The translations under genes were made by a program, and so were the position numbers. This document shows, one piece after another, positions 26,646 to 40,667 of a DNA stretch of 64,000 nucleotides. Below the pieces are notes generated by a model, which was not told the DNA's origin, ran no database searches, and saw only the letters and a program-made list of their open reading frames with translations. The stretch is from Octopus vulgaris (Eukaryota). The stretch lies in the NCBI GenBank assembly GCA_951406725.2, contig OX597819.1, forward strand, positions 92,504,001 to 92,568,000, read 5' to 3'. Each line of letters begins with the position of its first letter. Position 1 is the stretch's first letter.

Positions 26646-27629
26646 TTATTTCATAAAACTCACAGTTCAAAGAACATAAGTACAATGGCTTAAATATAAG
26701 TCGGAGTAAATATCAAATAAAGTAGTTAGTTGGCTGGTACATATTAACCCCTGGAACAATGCCACTCAAACTTGATCTCCTGTGATTTGAACTCAAGAAA
26801 GGAAAGGGATTTTCTTAGAAATGATCTATCAATTCTAGTATATCGCTGTGTAGACATTTGCTTTTATATTTAATTTTTGAGAAGCTTAAATGAAGTAAAT
26901 GAAAACTGCAAATTTTCAAAAGTTTTGTTTTGAATTATTTTTCAATTAAACAGTAACCAATAAACATATTGATTAAAACTTGATTATTCATTAAATCTTG
27001 TTGGAACAAGTGGAGAGTTTTGAAAGAAAACCGCTATTTCGTAAAATTAGCTAACATTAAACAAAATTCGTTAGATAGAAATTTTTAACGTAAATTTTCC
27101 TGTACTCATTTACGCCCCCAAAGAACAAATAATAATGGAAAATTATATAACTGCAGCTCGTCAGCTAAAAATGTATTTGAATATCTGTTCAAATACATTT
27201 TGTGATGTATTTGAACAGATATTAGGAGCATGCTTTCAAGTAATAAGTCCTGTTTCTCTTTATAATGATATTAACTTACAAATGATATTAATTTTCAGTT
27301 TCAATATGCTAGTTAATTACGTATGATAGATACTGCAAAGTTATGTGTATTAAAAATCTAAGTATTTCGTACAATTTATCTGCGGTGAGATATCTAGCGC
27401 TGATTACTAATAGGTATCATACAACACCACGACTTGAAATTTTTTTTTCAATTCAAAATTAAGAGAAAGCAGATAGAACTGCTAAAAGACAAAATAAAAA
27501 TGAGATTTAGGCTTTGGGATATCTTTTGTTTAAACAGTACAAACATAGTATCTATACACGTGTATTTTAATTAAGCTCTCATTAGTTATTTCACAATCCG
27601 CGTGTGACTGGTTTCTTATTTTGATGTCT

Positions 27630-27935
27630 TGAGCCCGAAGTCTCGTAAGGTCCGTTACACGGTTTCCACAGCGTATAAGTGATCGAGATTACAACATCCT
27701 ACTACCGAACGCGACGCCGGTCTGTTGCAGAATTCCGAGCCAGCAAGTTCAATTGAAAGGAACAAGTCTATGACATCGATCTCAGTAATTTACTGGTATT
27801 GTATTTTACTAGTACTTAATTGTGTTTCATTCTGAGTTCAAATCGAACTCCGGGACGATTTGAACTTAGGACCTAGAGTCGGAAGCAATGTCTCTAAGCA
27901 ATTTTTATGATGCTCTAACGATTCTGCCAGTTCGT
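27630..27935 (-). mobile_element. Degenerate SINE fragments (B-type tail followed by family A)
   Basis: gatttgaacttagga...ctaacgattctgccagttcg matches the family A head; 27630-27740 resembles the tail at 48390-48460. Confidence 0.6.
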
Positions 27936-28984
27936 CTCAAGAGCGTTTCGTATAGAAAAAAAAAAGAAAAGAAAAAAGAAATATATCTTTACAACAGACA
28001 TAAGTATTATAGAACCGATAAAGTGTTCAACCATTTATGTTCTGAATAAAATAACGCCGAAATAAGTAACTAAAATTAATACTAATTATACACGGAAATC
28101 GCTTTATTTATTTATACTACTCGCTTTTATAATGATTAGCCCATGTGACTGGATAGAAATATCCTTTTATTAGTTTAACATATATTCATATTTGTCAACA
28201 AATAAGAGTGACACACCGATTTTATATCTTCCAAAATCGTAGTAATCTTTTTAAAAGTTATCTACTGCTGACATTATTCAAAATGTAGGGTGAGGTATAT
28301 TTTGAAAAGAAGTGAAACTTACTCCACAATAAGCTTAGAGACTTAAATTATAACTTCTCTATCGCAAGTATAATATATAAGTTTGTTAGCGAAGTTATAA
28401 TGACGAAATAGACGACAAATACTTCCTATCTACTAACGATAAATTAATACGACCTGAATTTCATCAATAAGTTTAATTTTATAGGGTCTATAATAATTAA
28501 CATTACATCATATTACAGATACGGATTTTCGCCACAAGATTACTTGGCGGTAAGTCAATAAATAGAAAGCATAGCAAAAGAAATTAAAATTGATTGCGTC
28601 TTTTGGGGTTCTGAATAAAGGTGTCACCAAATAGAAAAACAATAAGACTAACATACAATGTATTAAAGAACACAGCAAGAGCAATTCCAGTTCTAATTTG
28701 CCATTAATAGATGTACTTGGCTACGATTTATAAGAGTTAGTTGAAAACTTCAATTATTTGTCTTATAATGTAGCATTACATGACGAAAGCATTAATTCGT
28801 ATGTACACTCCTCTGTAACATTTCATTGAACACGTAAATGCTTAAGGTGAATTGTTATTGCAATACGAACAAAATCAGTGCAAGAACAAAGAACCATAAT
28901 AGAGACTTTGATTCTGATGTAATACATACATAAATACACACGTATTCACAGAGAGACATTGAGATAGACAGACGCGCACACCCA

Positions 28985-29222
28985 TATATACGTAAATATA
29001 TGTATATGCATATATACTGATATTGTATGTATATATGTATACAAATATTATATGTATATATATATATATATATACATATATATACACATATATATATATA
29101 TGGATATATATTGTATGTATATATATTATATAAATATATATTTATATATGTATATATATATGCATATATATATATATACACATATTTGCACACATATCTA
29201 TAAACAAATATATATATGTATG

Positions 29223-29297
<75 letters not shown>

Positions 29298-29302
29298 GTG
29301 TG
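28985..29302. repeat. Degenerate (TA)n/(TG)n low-complexity tract
   Basis: Directly visible. Confidence 0.9.
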
Positions 29303-30967
29303 TTTGTTGTGCACTTTCAGTTTCTTCTTTTCCTTTATGATTACAAATTCAAAGATCCAAACGCATAAATAGCCATCTGCACAACTACACACACCAGGAG
29401 GCTCGCTCCTCTCACTTTAGTTAAATATAGTCGATTCAAATACTTATAAAGCTGCTATTGTTTCAATCGTTGCAGGTGATCATAATTTTAAAGAACGTCT
29501 TACAGAAATCTTTAAAGGAGTGAACCAAATTTCATCAATGCCATTCCAGTTTTTTGTCTTTAATTTAATACTAGATACGAATTACATTACATACTGTAAA
29601 TAAAGAATCAATAATGAATGAGACATTATTCAGGATTGATTTATAGTTATTTGTTGGGATAAATTTGAGAAGTTACACAGAAGATAAAGAATGGAGGATG
29701 TGGAGTTTTCGTCGTCAGGCACTTGTATTATTTATCTCATGAAATTCACAATAAAGAAGGAATCTGTAAGTGGTCGTTCAATCTCACAGGAATAGAAGTC
29801 AAATCTTCTTTATATTCAATTCATCTCCATCGAAAAATCAAAGACAGACGCACTTGATGATGCAATGATTGATAGCAATAAAAAAGGTAAGATAGATAAA
29901 ACTGGAATGCCTTTGGTCATAGATCTGTTGAATGAAAGCTGACTTGGAACGAATACAACTAAGGCAACAACACCGAAATATTACACAAACAAACACGCAT
30001 TTACACAAAATAAACAACCGCTGGTAACACGTGAACGAGTATGACCAACATTGACAAAGCAATACCTGTGCAAAATTCTTAGGTCCAATAAGGCTTTTAG
30101 AACAAATCACAGACCCTCTCCACCCTTTTAACATGATAAAGTGATAAGTCGGAGCAAGATATCTAGTGCTAATATAGTACCGAAGTTGGTGTGCAGTGTG
30201 CCTGAAGCCGAAACTATATCTTTGAAAAGCAAGATTCTTGGTCATACAGCTATACCACATACTGACAGATATATATATATATATATACACATATATACAC
30301 TTACATATATACATAAAGTGGTAGTAAGCAAAAGAAATTGTATATTATTTGTGCATAGATTCTGAAGTGTTGAGTACATCGAGGTTAAATGTGATCCGCT
30401 GAAAAAGTAATTTAGAAGCTTTCTTTTTCAGGCCAACACGCCTACTCTAGATGTTTGAAAACTAAAATTACTTGAACGCAAACCTAAATATATATTCCCC
30501 ACAGAGAATTAATGAATATTTATAGAAGGAATGTTTGTAGATTTATTTGAAAATCAATAATCCGGAAATAATTTCCTCAGAGACAATTATACGCCGATCA
30601 TCTTTGCTTTGATTAAAGATGTGTTTATGTCATTTTGGAAACGGAGATGTTAACCTAAATTTGATACATCCAATTTGGTTCTATATAACAGGTTTCAAGG
30701 CCAGAAAATCTTTTTAATATTACACGATTTCTGATTAGTTTTTGCTGTTCTGATAGATTTGCATCAATTAAAGGCATAAACCTACTTATTAAGGTAGAAA
30801 TTATAGATAGTTTTAAAAAGATAACAAAACAATAAATGTATAAAGGAAGTCTTAGGTAATGTTAACCCTCTGTGTCTTCGCTCAAGTTGCTTGAAATCAC
30901 CGTCAGATATACATCATATCGATCTGCGCCCACTTCCAATTATTTTTGAAACAGGATAATATAAAAA

Positions 30968-31316
30968 AGGGTAAAGATCCATTCGGTCATGAATGACAAT
31001 GCAATGCACCCAGAAGGTTTCCCTCCGAAGCACCAATCCGGGTATAGTTGTTTATGGAAGACCAGCAGTCGCCCCATGCAAACCAGCCTCCCTTCTCAAT
31101 GCCACCGATCTTATCCATAGGAAAGACAAAGCCCGAAAGAGCTTGGCACTAGTGACGTCGCAGCTCAACTCATTTTTACAGCTGAGTGAACTGGAACGAC
31201 GTGAAATAAAGTATCTTGCTTAAGACAGAGTGCAACACACTGCCCGGTCCGGGAATCGGGCTCTCTACCTCTCGACTGTGAGCATGACACTCTAACCATT
31301 GAGCCATGCGCCTACA
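30968..31316 (-). mobile_element. SINE family B, near full length
   Basis: Reverse complement aligns along its length with 50410-50743. Confidence 0.88.
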
Positions 31317-32082
31317 TCAGATAATATGGTGTTACTTAAACACTATAAAAACAAGATAAAACAGTCTCTAATTTGCCATTGATCATAACATTTCTGACTA
31401 ATCAGGAGCTAAACTACAAGTTGGAGAGGATTTCTTTTTACTTAACTTGTAAACCAGGAATTCTTATCCGTTGCTAGAAATGTCAGTGTGTCTCTGTGTA
31501 AAACAATTATTTGCGCATTAGTTCACAAAGCAGGTATGGAAAGCAAACACTTCTATTTTCTGGGAAAGTTACTTGCGATAAGCTGACATTTAATGCCACT
31601 GACTAAGATGGTAAGCAACAATTAGGTGAGTTTCCGCACTTTGCTGTTACATTTATCATTTATGAAATTTAAAAGAAAAAAGCATTTCTACTGTTGGCTT
31701 CTTTTCAAAATTTTATAAGAATATATGTAGCTTGGTTGGTTGGAACTGAAATCTGGAAAGCATATACCTAAATAAGTACAACTTGAAATCTCATGTAACA
31801 CTGTTTTAATAGAGACCGGCATATATGAATTATATGCTATCCCAACCATAAATCTAAAGATTCGGACTGAATTAATAAATAACATAGCATATATATTTAC
31901 TTCCTCTGGCAGATTAAAGTCGATGAGATGAAAGCAAGAATATGAGAAGAAAATTGAACGAGATATTTAGCGTTATAGAAAAATTTCAATTATTCAATCG
32001 AATACATTTCCAATGATTATCGGTATAGAACATCCAATACTCTATAGAGTGATTGCTACTGAACTTAAGATCTGATTAACTA

Positions 32083-32330
32083 TCTTTTCTTTTATCGTTT
32101 ACTTGTCTCAGTCATTGGGCTGTGGCCACGCTGGAGCACTGCTTTGAAGGGCTTAAATCGCATTAATCGGCCCCAACCCTAATCGTAATCCTAACCCAGT
32201 ATTTGATGTATTAAAGCCTCGCACTTTTCCTATCGTTCTGTTATGACGAACTGCTATGTTAAAGGGAGATAAACAAACTAACACCGGTATCAAATGGTGG
32301 GCGAGTCAAACACAAACGCAAAGACACAAA
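32083..32330 (-). mobile_element. SINE family C, 3' half; an oppositely oriented C tail follows at 32387-32453
   Basis: tacttgtctcagtcattgggctgtggccacgctggagcac is the reverse complement of the 57840-57880 tail. Confidence 0.8.
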
Positions 32331-32451
32331 AGTCTAGACATATAAATATATGCATACATTCATATACATACCCGAGGCACTGATATTTTTAAAGGCGGTG
32401 CTCCAGCATGGCCTCAGTCAAATGACTGAAACAAGTAAAAGAGTAAAAGAG

Positions 32452-32529
<78 letters not shown>

Positions 32530-32569
32530 TATATGTATATATATATATATGTATATATATTTATATAAA

Positions 32570-33010
32570 TTCTTACTATATATTCTTCCTATGACCTTAA
32601 ACTATACTAAGCCCAACCACACTCATAAATAAATAGCCACAACCACACATGCACACACACGTGCTATCATCACACACACACACACACACACAGATCTGCG
32701 TGCACGCACATACTCCCCACACACACACATACCCCCTTCTGTTGCACTCTTCTGTCTTTGAAAGAACTTTTTCTTCACCCATTCATTTCCAGTCATTGCA
32801 ATATGTGACGGCTTGTGTATCGTTGGCGATTTTCTTTCTCCGTCTTTCCTTTCTTGGACCTTTCCTTTTTCAATGTTTTTGACCAAGAGCTCCGCTCGAA
32901 ACGTTAAAGTCCTCCTTGTTTCATTCCTTTCCTGAGCGTCCAATAACACTATACTTGTTCCACGTCCTCGCTTTGTTGCGTTTTCTCTTTGTTCATGTTT
33001 GGATTAATTA
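32570..33010 (+). mobile_element. Penelope-like pseudo-LTR remnant with decayed hammerhead motif (32876-32909)
   Basis: tgaccaa-gagc-tcc-gctc-gaaacgtt, then cctgagcg...; same architecture as the inverted 33031-33242 element; (TA)n at both ends. Confidence 0.55.
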
Positions 33011-33030
33011 TATATATATATATATATATA

Positions 33031-33239
33031 TAACGGGAAGCTTTATGAAAATAAACAAAAGACGAAGGCAGGTGGAATACAAACAAACAATTGTATTAGT
33101 ATGGCGCTCAGGAATATAAATAAAACAAGTCTTTTACGTTTCGAGCCTACGCTCTTCAACAGAAAGATACACAGAAAAGAAACACGGAGAGAAACAAGGA
33201 GAGAAAAAAATGCATGCAGAGGCTAGCGAATCAACATGG

Positions 33240-33242
<3 letters not shown>
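33031..33242 (-). mobile_element. Penelope-like pseudo-LTR fragment embedded in (TA)n
   Basis: Carries a minimal hammerhead; (TA)n on both sides. Confidence 0.6.
33130..33167 (-). ncRNA. Minimal type I hammerhead ribozyme motif (PLE-type)
   Basis: UCUUU-CUGUUGA-A-GAGC-guag-GCUC-GAAA-CG-UA-AAAGA: perfect stems I and II, palindromic ACGU stem III, GUA cleavage triplet; single core change A6->U. Confidence 0.7.
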
Positions 33243-33315
<73 letters not shown>

Positions 33316-33379
33316 GTATGCGTATGTGAAATAATAGCTGCTTTAGTATAATAAAGGTTATTAACTAAATATACTTATA

Positions 33380-33915
33380 GTGTATGCTATGTATATTTTC
33401 TGGTGGCTGTAACAGCGAGGCGGAGTATATATACTCTCAAACCTCAGAGTGATGGTCAGGCGAGATATCAAACGCCGAATCCCATTTGGGAGTGATGGAC
33501 ACCGGGGGTTTCGCCATTCGAAAGGAAGTCATCAGGTTTTTCGCCAATTGAAGGCATGTCACCGAGCCGGTTCGCGGCCTATATCCTCATGGCTTATACA
33601 ATCACAAGCTGGTAAGCCAGGAAATTTCATACCTAAGAGAAAACTTATATATGAAATAAAGCAGCTCTAGTATAATATATATTATTCACAACATGTATTT
33701 AATGTGTATGCTTAGTGTATTATCCGGTGGCTACAATAGCGTGGTTGAGTGAATATACTCTCAAACTGCTGTGTGTAAAACACAGATTAAAGGTGATTTG
33801 TCTCGCCTGTCCATGACTCTGAGGTGTTTTAAACCCAACGGTTTGAGAGTATATATACTCCGCCACGCTACTGCAGCCACCGGTAAATACACAAAGCGTA
33901 TACATTAATACATTA
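33380..33915. mobile_element. MITE-like inverted-repeat element with a duplicated left end
   Basis: Unit ggtggct..a.agcg.gg..gagt..atatactctcaaac at ~33400-33442 and ~33725-33766, inverted at ~33841-33883; second unit at 33441-33470 inverted at 33792-33825. Confidence 0.75.
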
Positions 33916-33926
33916 ATTATATGTAC

Positions 33927-34031
<105 letters not shown>

Positions 34032-35245
34032 CACATATATATACTGAAAATATGTGGAAAACATAAAGAGTGGAAAAGAAATGCCTTCGTTTCATATAGG
34101 TTAATATATTTTTAATAAAAATAACATTTTATATATACATATATTTTATGGATGGCTAACAAATCTGGTCGGCCTGCTGTTATAGTAATAGAATCGAACC
34201 GAAGGGGATATGCCATGTGACTGAACACGGGCTATATCGTTGGAAAGTATGTTTTTACCACAGAGCCAAAGGGAAACTTAGCGTAGTAGAGTCTCATTCG
34301 ATCATGTGTAGATTTGCTCTAAAAATACCAAACAAATGGTATACCAACCAATCAACCTAGTTATTTTGTCATATACTTGTAGTTAGGATGATTGTATCTT
34401 TGAGAGTGTAAAGTCATTGAGAGAAACATTTTCCAATGTGAATGGAAAACGTTGACCTGTCGGTCACTTGACCGACACCTTTTGTAATTGCGCAGGTATA
34501 TTGATGAAAGGTAGACCTTTGGAAAATAATTATAGAATGTCTGTAATATATCCCTATCGGTTCAACTATATACTTGTTCTCGTTGTACTGATGCATTATT
34601 TGCTTTGGAGTTTCGTCTAATTATATTTCGATCTAATTAAAGATAGATCTTTATTTAATTATATCATAACAATTTGAAACGAGATCAATATGGACAAGCT
34701 AAAAGGTCCCCAAATGAGATAGCATAATATAAATGAAAATATAGAATGATATCGCGATGTCAACTAAGAAATGCTAATTATTAAATTGAAGAAAAAGCAA
34801 GAATATTCTCATCATTAATTGTAAATTGGAATTGATATTGGTGCTGCCAAAGTCAACGTCACAATAATATTAGTCCATGGATTCTATATATTTTCCTTGT
34901 GTATATATCCTCATATCATATTAAAATTAACGAGTGGGGAGCCTATAAGTGGTTGCGTCGCCTTGTAGAAAAATCAGATTCCGTTGCCTTGTAGAAAAAC
35001 TGTTGGATATAAAACATTAATATCATTCAAACGACACTCCTATTATTTAAGAAGTCGGACAAGGTAGACACATACACTATATCGATAAAAGAATAGAAAG
35101 GCTGGCCGCTACTTGAATGCGTTCGAACATAGCTTTATTCTTTGGTTTACTCACAAATTACATCAACAATATTGGTTTCTGTCGGATTTATAAGAAAAAA
35201 TATCGAATGCTATGACTTTAGTACTAGAGGTGTCAGTGAAATAAT

Positions 35246-35446
35246 GATTTCAAATTTTGGCACGAGGTCAGCAGCTTCGGAGTGTGGATAAGTCGAATAC
35301 ATCGATCCCAGAGTTCAGCTAGTACTTATTTTGTCGATCCCGTAGGCAAGGTCGACCTCGAAGGAATTTGAATTCAGAAGGTAAATACAGACGAAATATT
35401 GTAAGCATTTGGCTCGGCGTGCTAACGATTTTGCCAGCTCACCTCT
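35246..35446 (-). mobile_element. SINE family A (alternative tail) with 16-bp TSD
   Basis: gtgtcagtgaaataat (35230-35245) / gtgttagtgaaataat (35454-35469). Confidence 0.85.
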
Positions 35447-35829
35447 TCCCTGAGTGTTAGTGAAATAATAACGTGTCACAGTGTACATTTACCGAAATAG
35501 CTCTCGTCTTTGGCCAGAAAGCTTGTGAATCTTATGGTTATAATAAAAAGTAAGGCTCTACATTTCCTTATAATGCAAACTATAAAACTTACGTAGGGGT
35601 GTAATGTAACATCGACCGTGGGATTCGAGTTTCAACGTTCTGGAGATATCTAATATATTGTATCTATTTGAACTTCCTCTAAAAGCTTCACGATCTAATA
35701 TTAACCTCTTTAACACTAAACAAGGATTTAGGTATCATAACATCGAAAACCAGCTGTGAACCAAACTTTCTACTCTACTAAGGTAATACGATGCACTTAA
35801 CTGTCGTGAAATTATTAGGATGGTGTACT

Positions 35830-35962
35830 TTTGCTGAACCACTAAGTTACGGGGACGTAAACACACCAGCATCGGTTGTCAAGACACACAAAAACATACA
35901 TATATATATACATATATACGACGGGCTTCTTTCAGTTTCCGTCTACCAAATCCACTCACAAG
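35830..35962 (-). mobile_element. SINE family C internal fragment
   Basis: ctaagttacggggacgtaaacacaccagcatcggttgtc and acgacgggcttctttcagtttccgtctaccaaatccactcacaag match 57565-57780 in reverse. Confidence 0.85.
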
Positions 35963-37267
35963 AATGAGAAAGTTAAAATGGATTTAATTTGGATTTTAGC
36001 TGTTGGTGTATTTATGATCAGACAACATATACCAGGTAAATATTTTCAGAATCACAATCATTAATGGAACCATGGTATATCTTTGACACCCAAAGCGATT
36101 AAAAGGCAAAGTATGATAAATGTTAAAGCTTCCAGTTGACATAATGATAAGGGGGGAAAGAGAGAGAGGGAGAGAGAGAGAGAGAGAAACCAGTCGTCAC
36201 TTCCGCATTTCTACCATTCTGTGTAACTATGTACAGCGTCACGAGTTATACTTTCTTTAAATCTTAGTAGATTAAGGTATTGAGACATTTGTTTTATAGA
36301 CATGGACACGACACCAATCTGGTGATAACATAGATACAATTTGTATTTGCTGATCAATAAAACATCAATGCAAATATGATTATTGCTGCTAATTTGGCTA
36401 AAAGCTTCGCCTTTACTTCCTACAATGTGCTTGTATATTTATATGGGACGAGAAATCGTAATATGTGGTGTTCATAACATTAAAATCATTCAGAAAACAA
36501 ATTCGAGATGTGGATTCTCTTCGTGTTAGTTAACCGCTTATCTTACTCAACCCGTTACTATTCATTCTAGAAATATTATAGACATGCGTCAGTAATACAT
36601 TAATAGAATCACCTTCAAATCACAAGTTAACGCCATAGATAAAGATGGATACAGTGTACCACGTAATCTTTGATATATGAAAAAGACGGGTTGGTTACAT
36701 GTGAAACGCTTTTGATCGCACGCAAACCAAGCGATTAAAATATTAACAACCACAACTAAAAACAAAAACTTTTGATGCGTGAAGTAGTTCAACGTGTGGT
36801 TATATTTATACGTGAGATTCAAGAGAAAATAAAATAAATGTGAAGTCATGATAACAGGGCGTAAAGATAAAATAGCTATAAAACATATCACTTTACTGGT
36901 TCTTGTGTCATAAGTTCCTATCCTACCAATTTCTGTTTCGGTAGTAAGATAATGGGATGGGAATTTCTGGAAATTGAATTTAGTATAAAATAGCGTTTAT
37001 TCAGGATGAGATATGTTTGTTATCTGGTTAACGCTAAACAGAATGGGTCTAAATGCATTTATAAAGTTTTATATGAAAGAGATTTCTAAGAGGTGAATTC
37101 GCTCCAGTTACTAACTTTCAGAAGCTTCTCTTTCATATAACCATTATATATGCATTCACACATTGGAAATAAATGTATTATTCTTTCAATCCCATATTAG
37201 TCTTCACAATGAGTTTAGCTATAAAAGGAACTGCATGTAATCATCCTTAATGGTTTCCTTTTTTTTA

Positions 37268-37480
37268 ATGGCTATAATCTAGGCACAATGCCAGTAATTT
37301 TCAGAGGAGGGTTTTCGTCTAGAACCTTGACCTCAAATTTTGATTGGTACTTATTTTATTGACTCTGGAGAGTGAAAGACAAAGTTGACCTCAGTGAGGT
37401 ATGAACGCAGAACGTAAAAAATCAGAAGAAATATCACAAGTTATTTTTCCAACGCTGTAACTATTTTGTCAGCTCGCTAC
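37268..37480 (-). mobile_element. SINE family A, degenerate
   Basis: ggtacttattttattgac...gaaagacaaagttgacctc...cagaacgtaaa. Confidence 0.7.
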
Positions 37481-38789
37481 TTTGTTCCATTTTTTATAAT
37501 AGTACCAAACTGGAGTTGTAAACTTTATCCGTCGTCCGGTTTACCACCGCCAAGCAACAAATGCAATACGAACACCACACCACCATCACCTTAAACTGAT
37601 TTATGGCTTGAAAATAGCTTCCACTTTTCCCTTAAACCAGTCTATGGATGCTGTATTCCCTCCTTTTACTGAGCCATTAAGCAAACGAAATCTTACACTG
37701 CATTATGCAGTGGACTATGTTCATTTCTTTTTATAACTCCTAGAAACATTTTCTTTTAGACAATAAAGATATAGACTATCGAATATTATTGGTATAGTGC
37801 TGTTAGTTATTTTGCCAGACAAAAATAAACAATAAAGTCATTCTCAAAATCTTTTATCTGAATATAGAGAAAGAAAATCTTAATATTGTAATGTACTAAA
37901 ACCTCTATATTCTAAATTACAACATTCTAAATTACAATATTCTAATTACAACATTTTCGCTAATTACGCAAATGATGTCTTTTCCTCAGCGCATAATTAT
38001 ATTTAATTAGATTTTTGATGTTCACTAAATGATGTATTTCCAGGTGAATGGCATTTCTGTCTTTAGTAATTAACCTCAGTGATTCATTTGATTAAACATG
38101 CTATTTTGTCACGCCTACACGTGTATAATATGGTAACGTTTACATAAAATTTTATTTATCACTACTTGGACAATTCCAGTGAAGTTTAAGCTACTCGGAG
38201 GAGATCTAATAAGACTGAACCATGCCCGGAGTTATCTCCTGCATTTACCGAAATAATTAATTTCATACTGTTTATTGAGTTAATCTCGACTCTTCCCTAC
38301 AGCTTAACTATTTCTAATTAGATCTTCGCTATTCAGTGCATTTAATATGTTAAGTTTGCTTACGAACGTAACTACTGCATGGTGATTTTGAGTAATTTCC
38401 TTCACCGTTTCATCAACATCATTATCATCTTCATCGTCATGGTGATGATGATGATGACGACGACGGCATTGATGGCGATGGCTTTGATGATGATATTGCA
38501 TGTGTCAGACGATATTTGTTTAAAGCAGATTTTCTATGGATGGATAAACTTTATCTCACTAACCACGACATATTACCGAGTCATGTATTATTTTCTGTGA
38601 CTCTCCATACATGAAGAGTCTAATGGCCAGATTACTTTCACGAAAGGCTGCAAACAATTGATACCACGTGTCTACATGTACGACGCTGTTGCTTGTTTAT
38701 AATTAGTGCGCGAAGTCTAGGCAAGGAGAGACAAACACATGCACAATCACTCACACGCATGCAGACGCACAGTCATACGCGCAAACAAA

Positions 38790-38905
38790 CTCACACTTCT
38801 TTTTGTGCTTCTTTTGTTTCTGCATACCAATTCTATTCAGAGGGCTTTGGTCAACCGAGTCTATAGAGAAAGACTTATCCAAAGTGTAGCACAGTAACGC
38901 AGTGA
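38790..38905 (-). mobile_element. SINE family C, degenerate 5' part
   Basis: gggctttggtcaaccgagtctatagagaaagacttatccaaagtg resembles the reverse complement of 57520-57570. Confidence 0.65.
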
Positions 38906-39319
38906 TATATGAATTCAAAAATTATTAGTGACATTTCATTTGAATTAATAGATATTAGTAAATTATTAGAGCAAATATCTGTAAGAGATAAAATAGTAAG
39001 AAAGCCCCAATTATGTGATTTAAGAAAGCATGGTGCTAAGAAACCAAAATACTGATAAATATATATGATGGGTAGGATTAACATCAAGTTAGGAATACTT
39101 ACTCAAAAGTTCCATTCCTTGTTGTACTGTGATAGCTTATGTGCCTCAGTGGCCTCGAGAGCTATACCAACAGAAAGCAAGCGACAGTACAGGTCAAAGG
39201 ATTGAGGCCTGACTAATATGGACTTCTTCTTCCCAGAGGTGAAAATTGGTTTGCGTAAGGCCAACACCTCTACACGTCTAGAAACAAATAGAGTCATAGA
39301 GATATCGATGGCAATTCGA

Positions 39320-39818
39320 AACCAATAAGACTCGGAAAACAGGAAGATGGCACCAACCTCCCCTCTCCATACCACCGATGTTATCCAAGGGTGAGGCAAA
39401 GGACAAAATAGCTTGACACTAGTGACGTTGCAACTCATTTCTTCAGCTGAGTGAACTAGAACAACATGAAATATATATTTCTTTACTACCCACAAGGGGC
39501 TAAACCTGGAGAGGCCAAACAAGGACAGACACAGGGATGAAGTCGATTACATCGACCCCAGTGTGAAACTGGTACTTTATTTATCGACTCCGAAATGATG
39601 AAAGGCAAAGTCGACCTCGGCGGAATTTGAACTCAGAACGTAACGACAGACGAAATACCAGTAAGCATTTCGCCCGGCGCGCTAACGTTTCTCCCAGTTC
39701 ACCGCCCTAACAACGTGAAATATAGACACAAAGCAACATACAGCCCGGTACGGAAATGGAACTGACTACTTCGTGATTATACGTCTGACGCTTTACCCAC
39801 TGAGCCATGTGCCTTCAC
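39320..39818 (-). mobile_element. SINE family B hosting a nested family A copy
   Basis: B body 39320-39475 and B head 39709-39818 are split by the insertion. Confidence 0.85.
39476..39708 (-). mobile_element. SINE family A nested in family B, 16-bp TSD
   Basis: aacaacatgaaatata (39460-39475) / aacaacgtgaaatata (39709-39724). Confidence 0.92.
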
Positions 39819-40624
39819 AAAAGGGTTACTAAATTAAGTAACACATAGTAAAAAAATATTAGCGAAAATTTTGCTTATATTTTGAGTAAAATATACAAAT
39901 TCAGCCGAAATCTATGTTAGGTTTGTGAACTGTTTAGAACTTTGGTAGCTAGGTGTAGAAGATTCCAGAATTTTCAAAGAATATTTAATATTAATTAAGC
40001 TGAACATATCTTTGCCGGTTGCTAACGTGATATTTAATTCTCAATTACAACGCAGATTCACCGAATTGTAATGGAACTTATTAGGAATATAATTTCACCA
40101 CACACAACAAACCTGAAATCATGTTTTTCTGTATGTGTATAGAAAATGCTTGTGTTTTTCGTCTCTTGTTGATATGTAAGAAAACAAAATGTATAATTAA
40201 TAGTTATTATACAAGAATAATGAGAAAGCGGGCTGGAAGGAAGTTTCAAATAAAAGAAAAAGAAATGGAAGCAGGGAAAGAAAAAGAAAAGAAATCGAAC
40301 AACACAGCGTGTGGTCTAAGAAGCTAACAGAAGAATTCAGCAAAGTCTAAACATTCGGTTGAACGGGAGAATCAGCGATCCTCTGTATTCTGGTTACAAA
40401 GGAAGATTTCAAAACCAAAATATGAACATTTAATAAATTCTCAAATTTTCTTTTTCCTTACCGCAATAGGCTTTCATCTCTTGATGGAGATAAATTCGAT
40501 GATGAATCTAGATTTAATAACATGATTTATGGCTTTTGACTAGCTTGTCGAGATATTACAGGATTCGGGAGGTTAAAAACTGAACAGTCAGTGATATACA
40601 TGAAAACTGGCTGCCAACTTTCAG

Positions 40625-40667
<43 letters not shown>

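Noticed and set aside
33498-33535. CUGAUGA...GAAAC...GUC hammerhead-like string on the minus strand
   Set aside because: No stem I pairing and a poor stem II; it is part of a short tandem duplication inside the MITE-like element.
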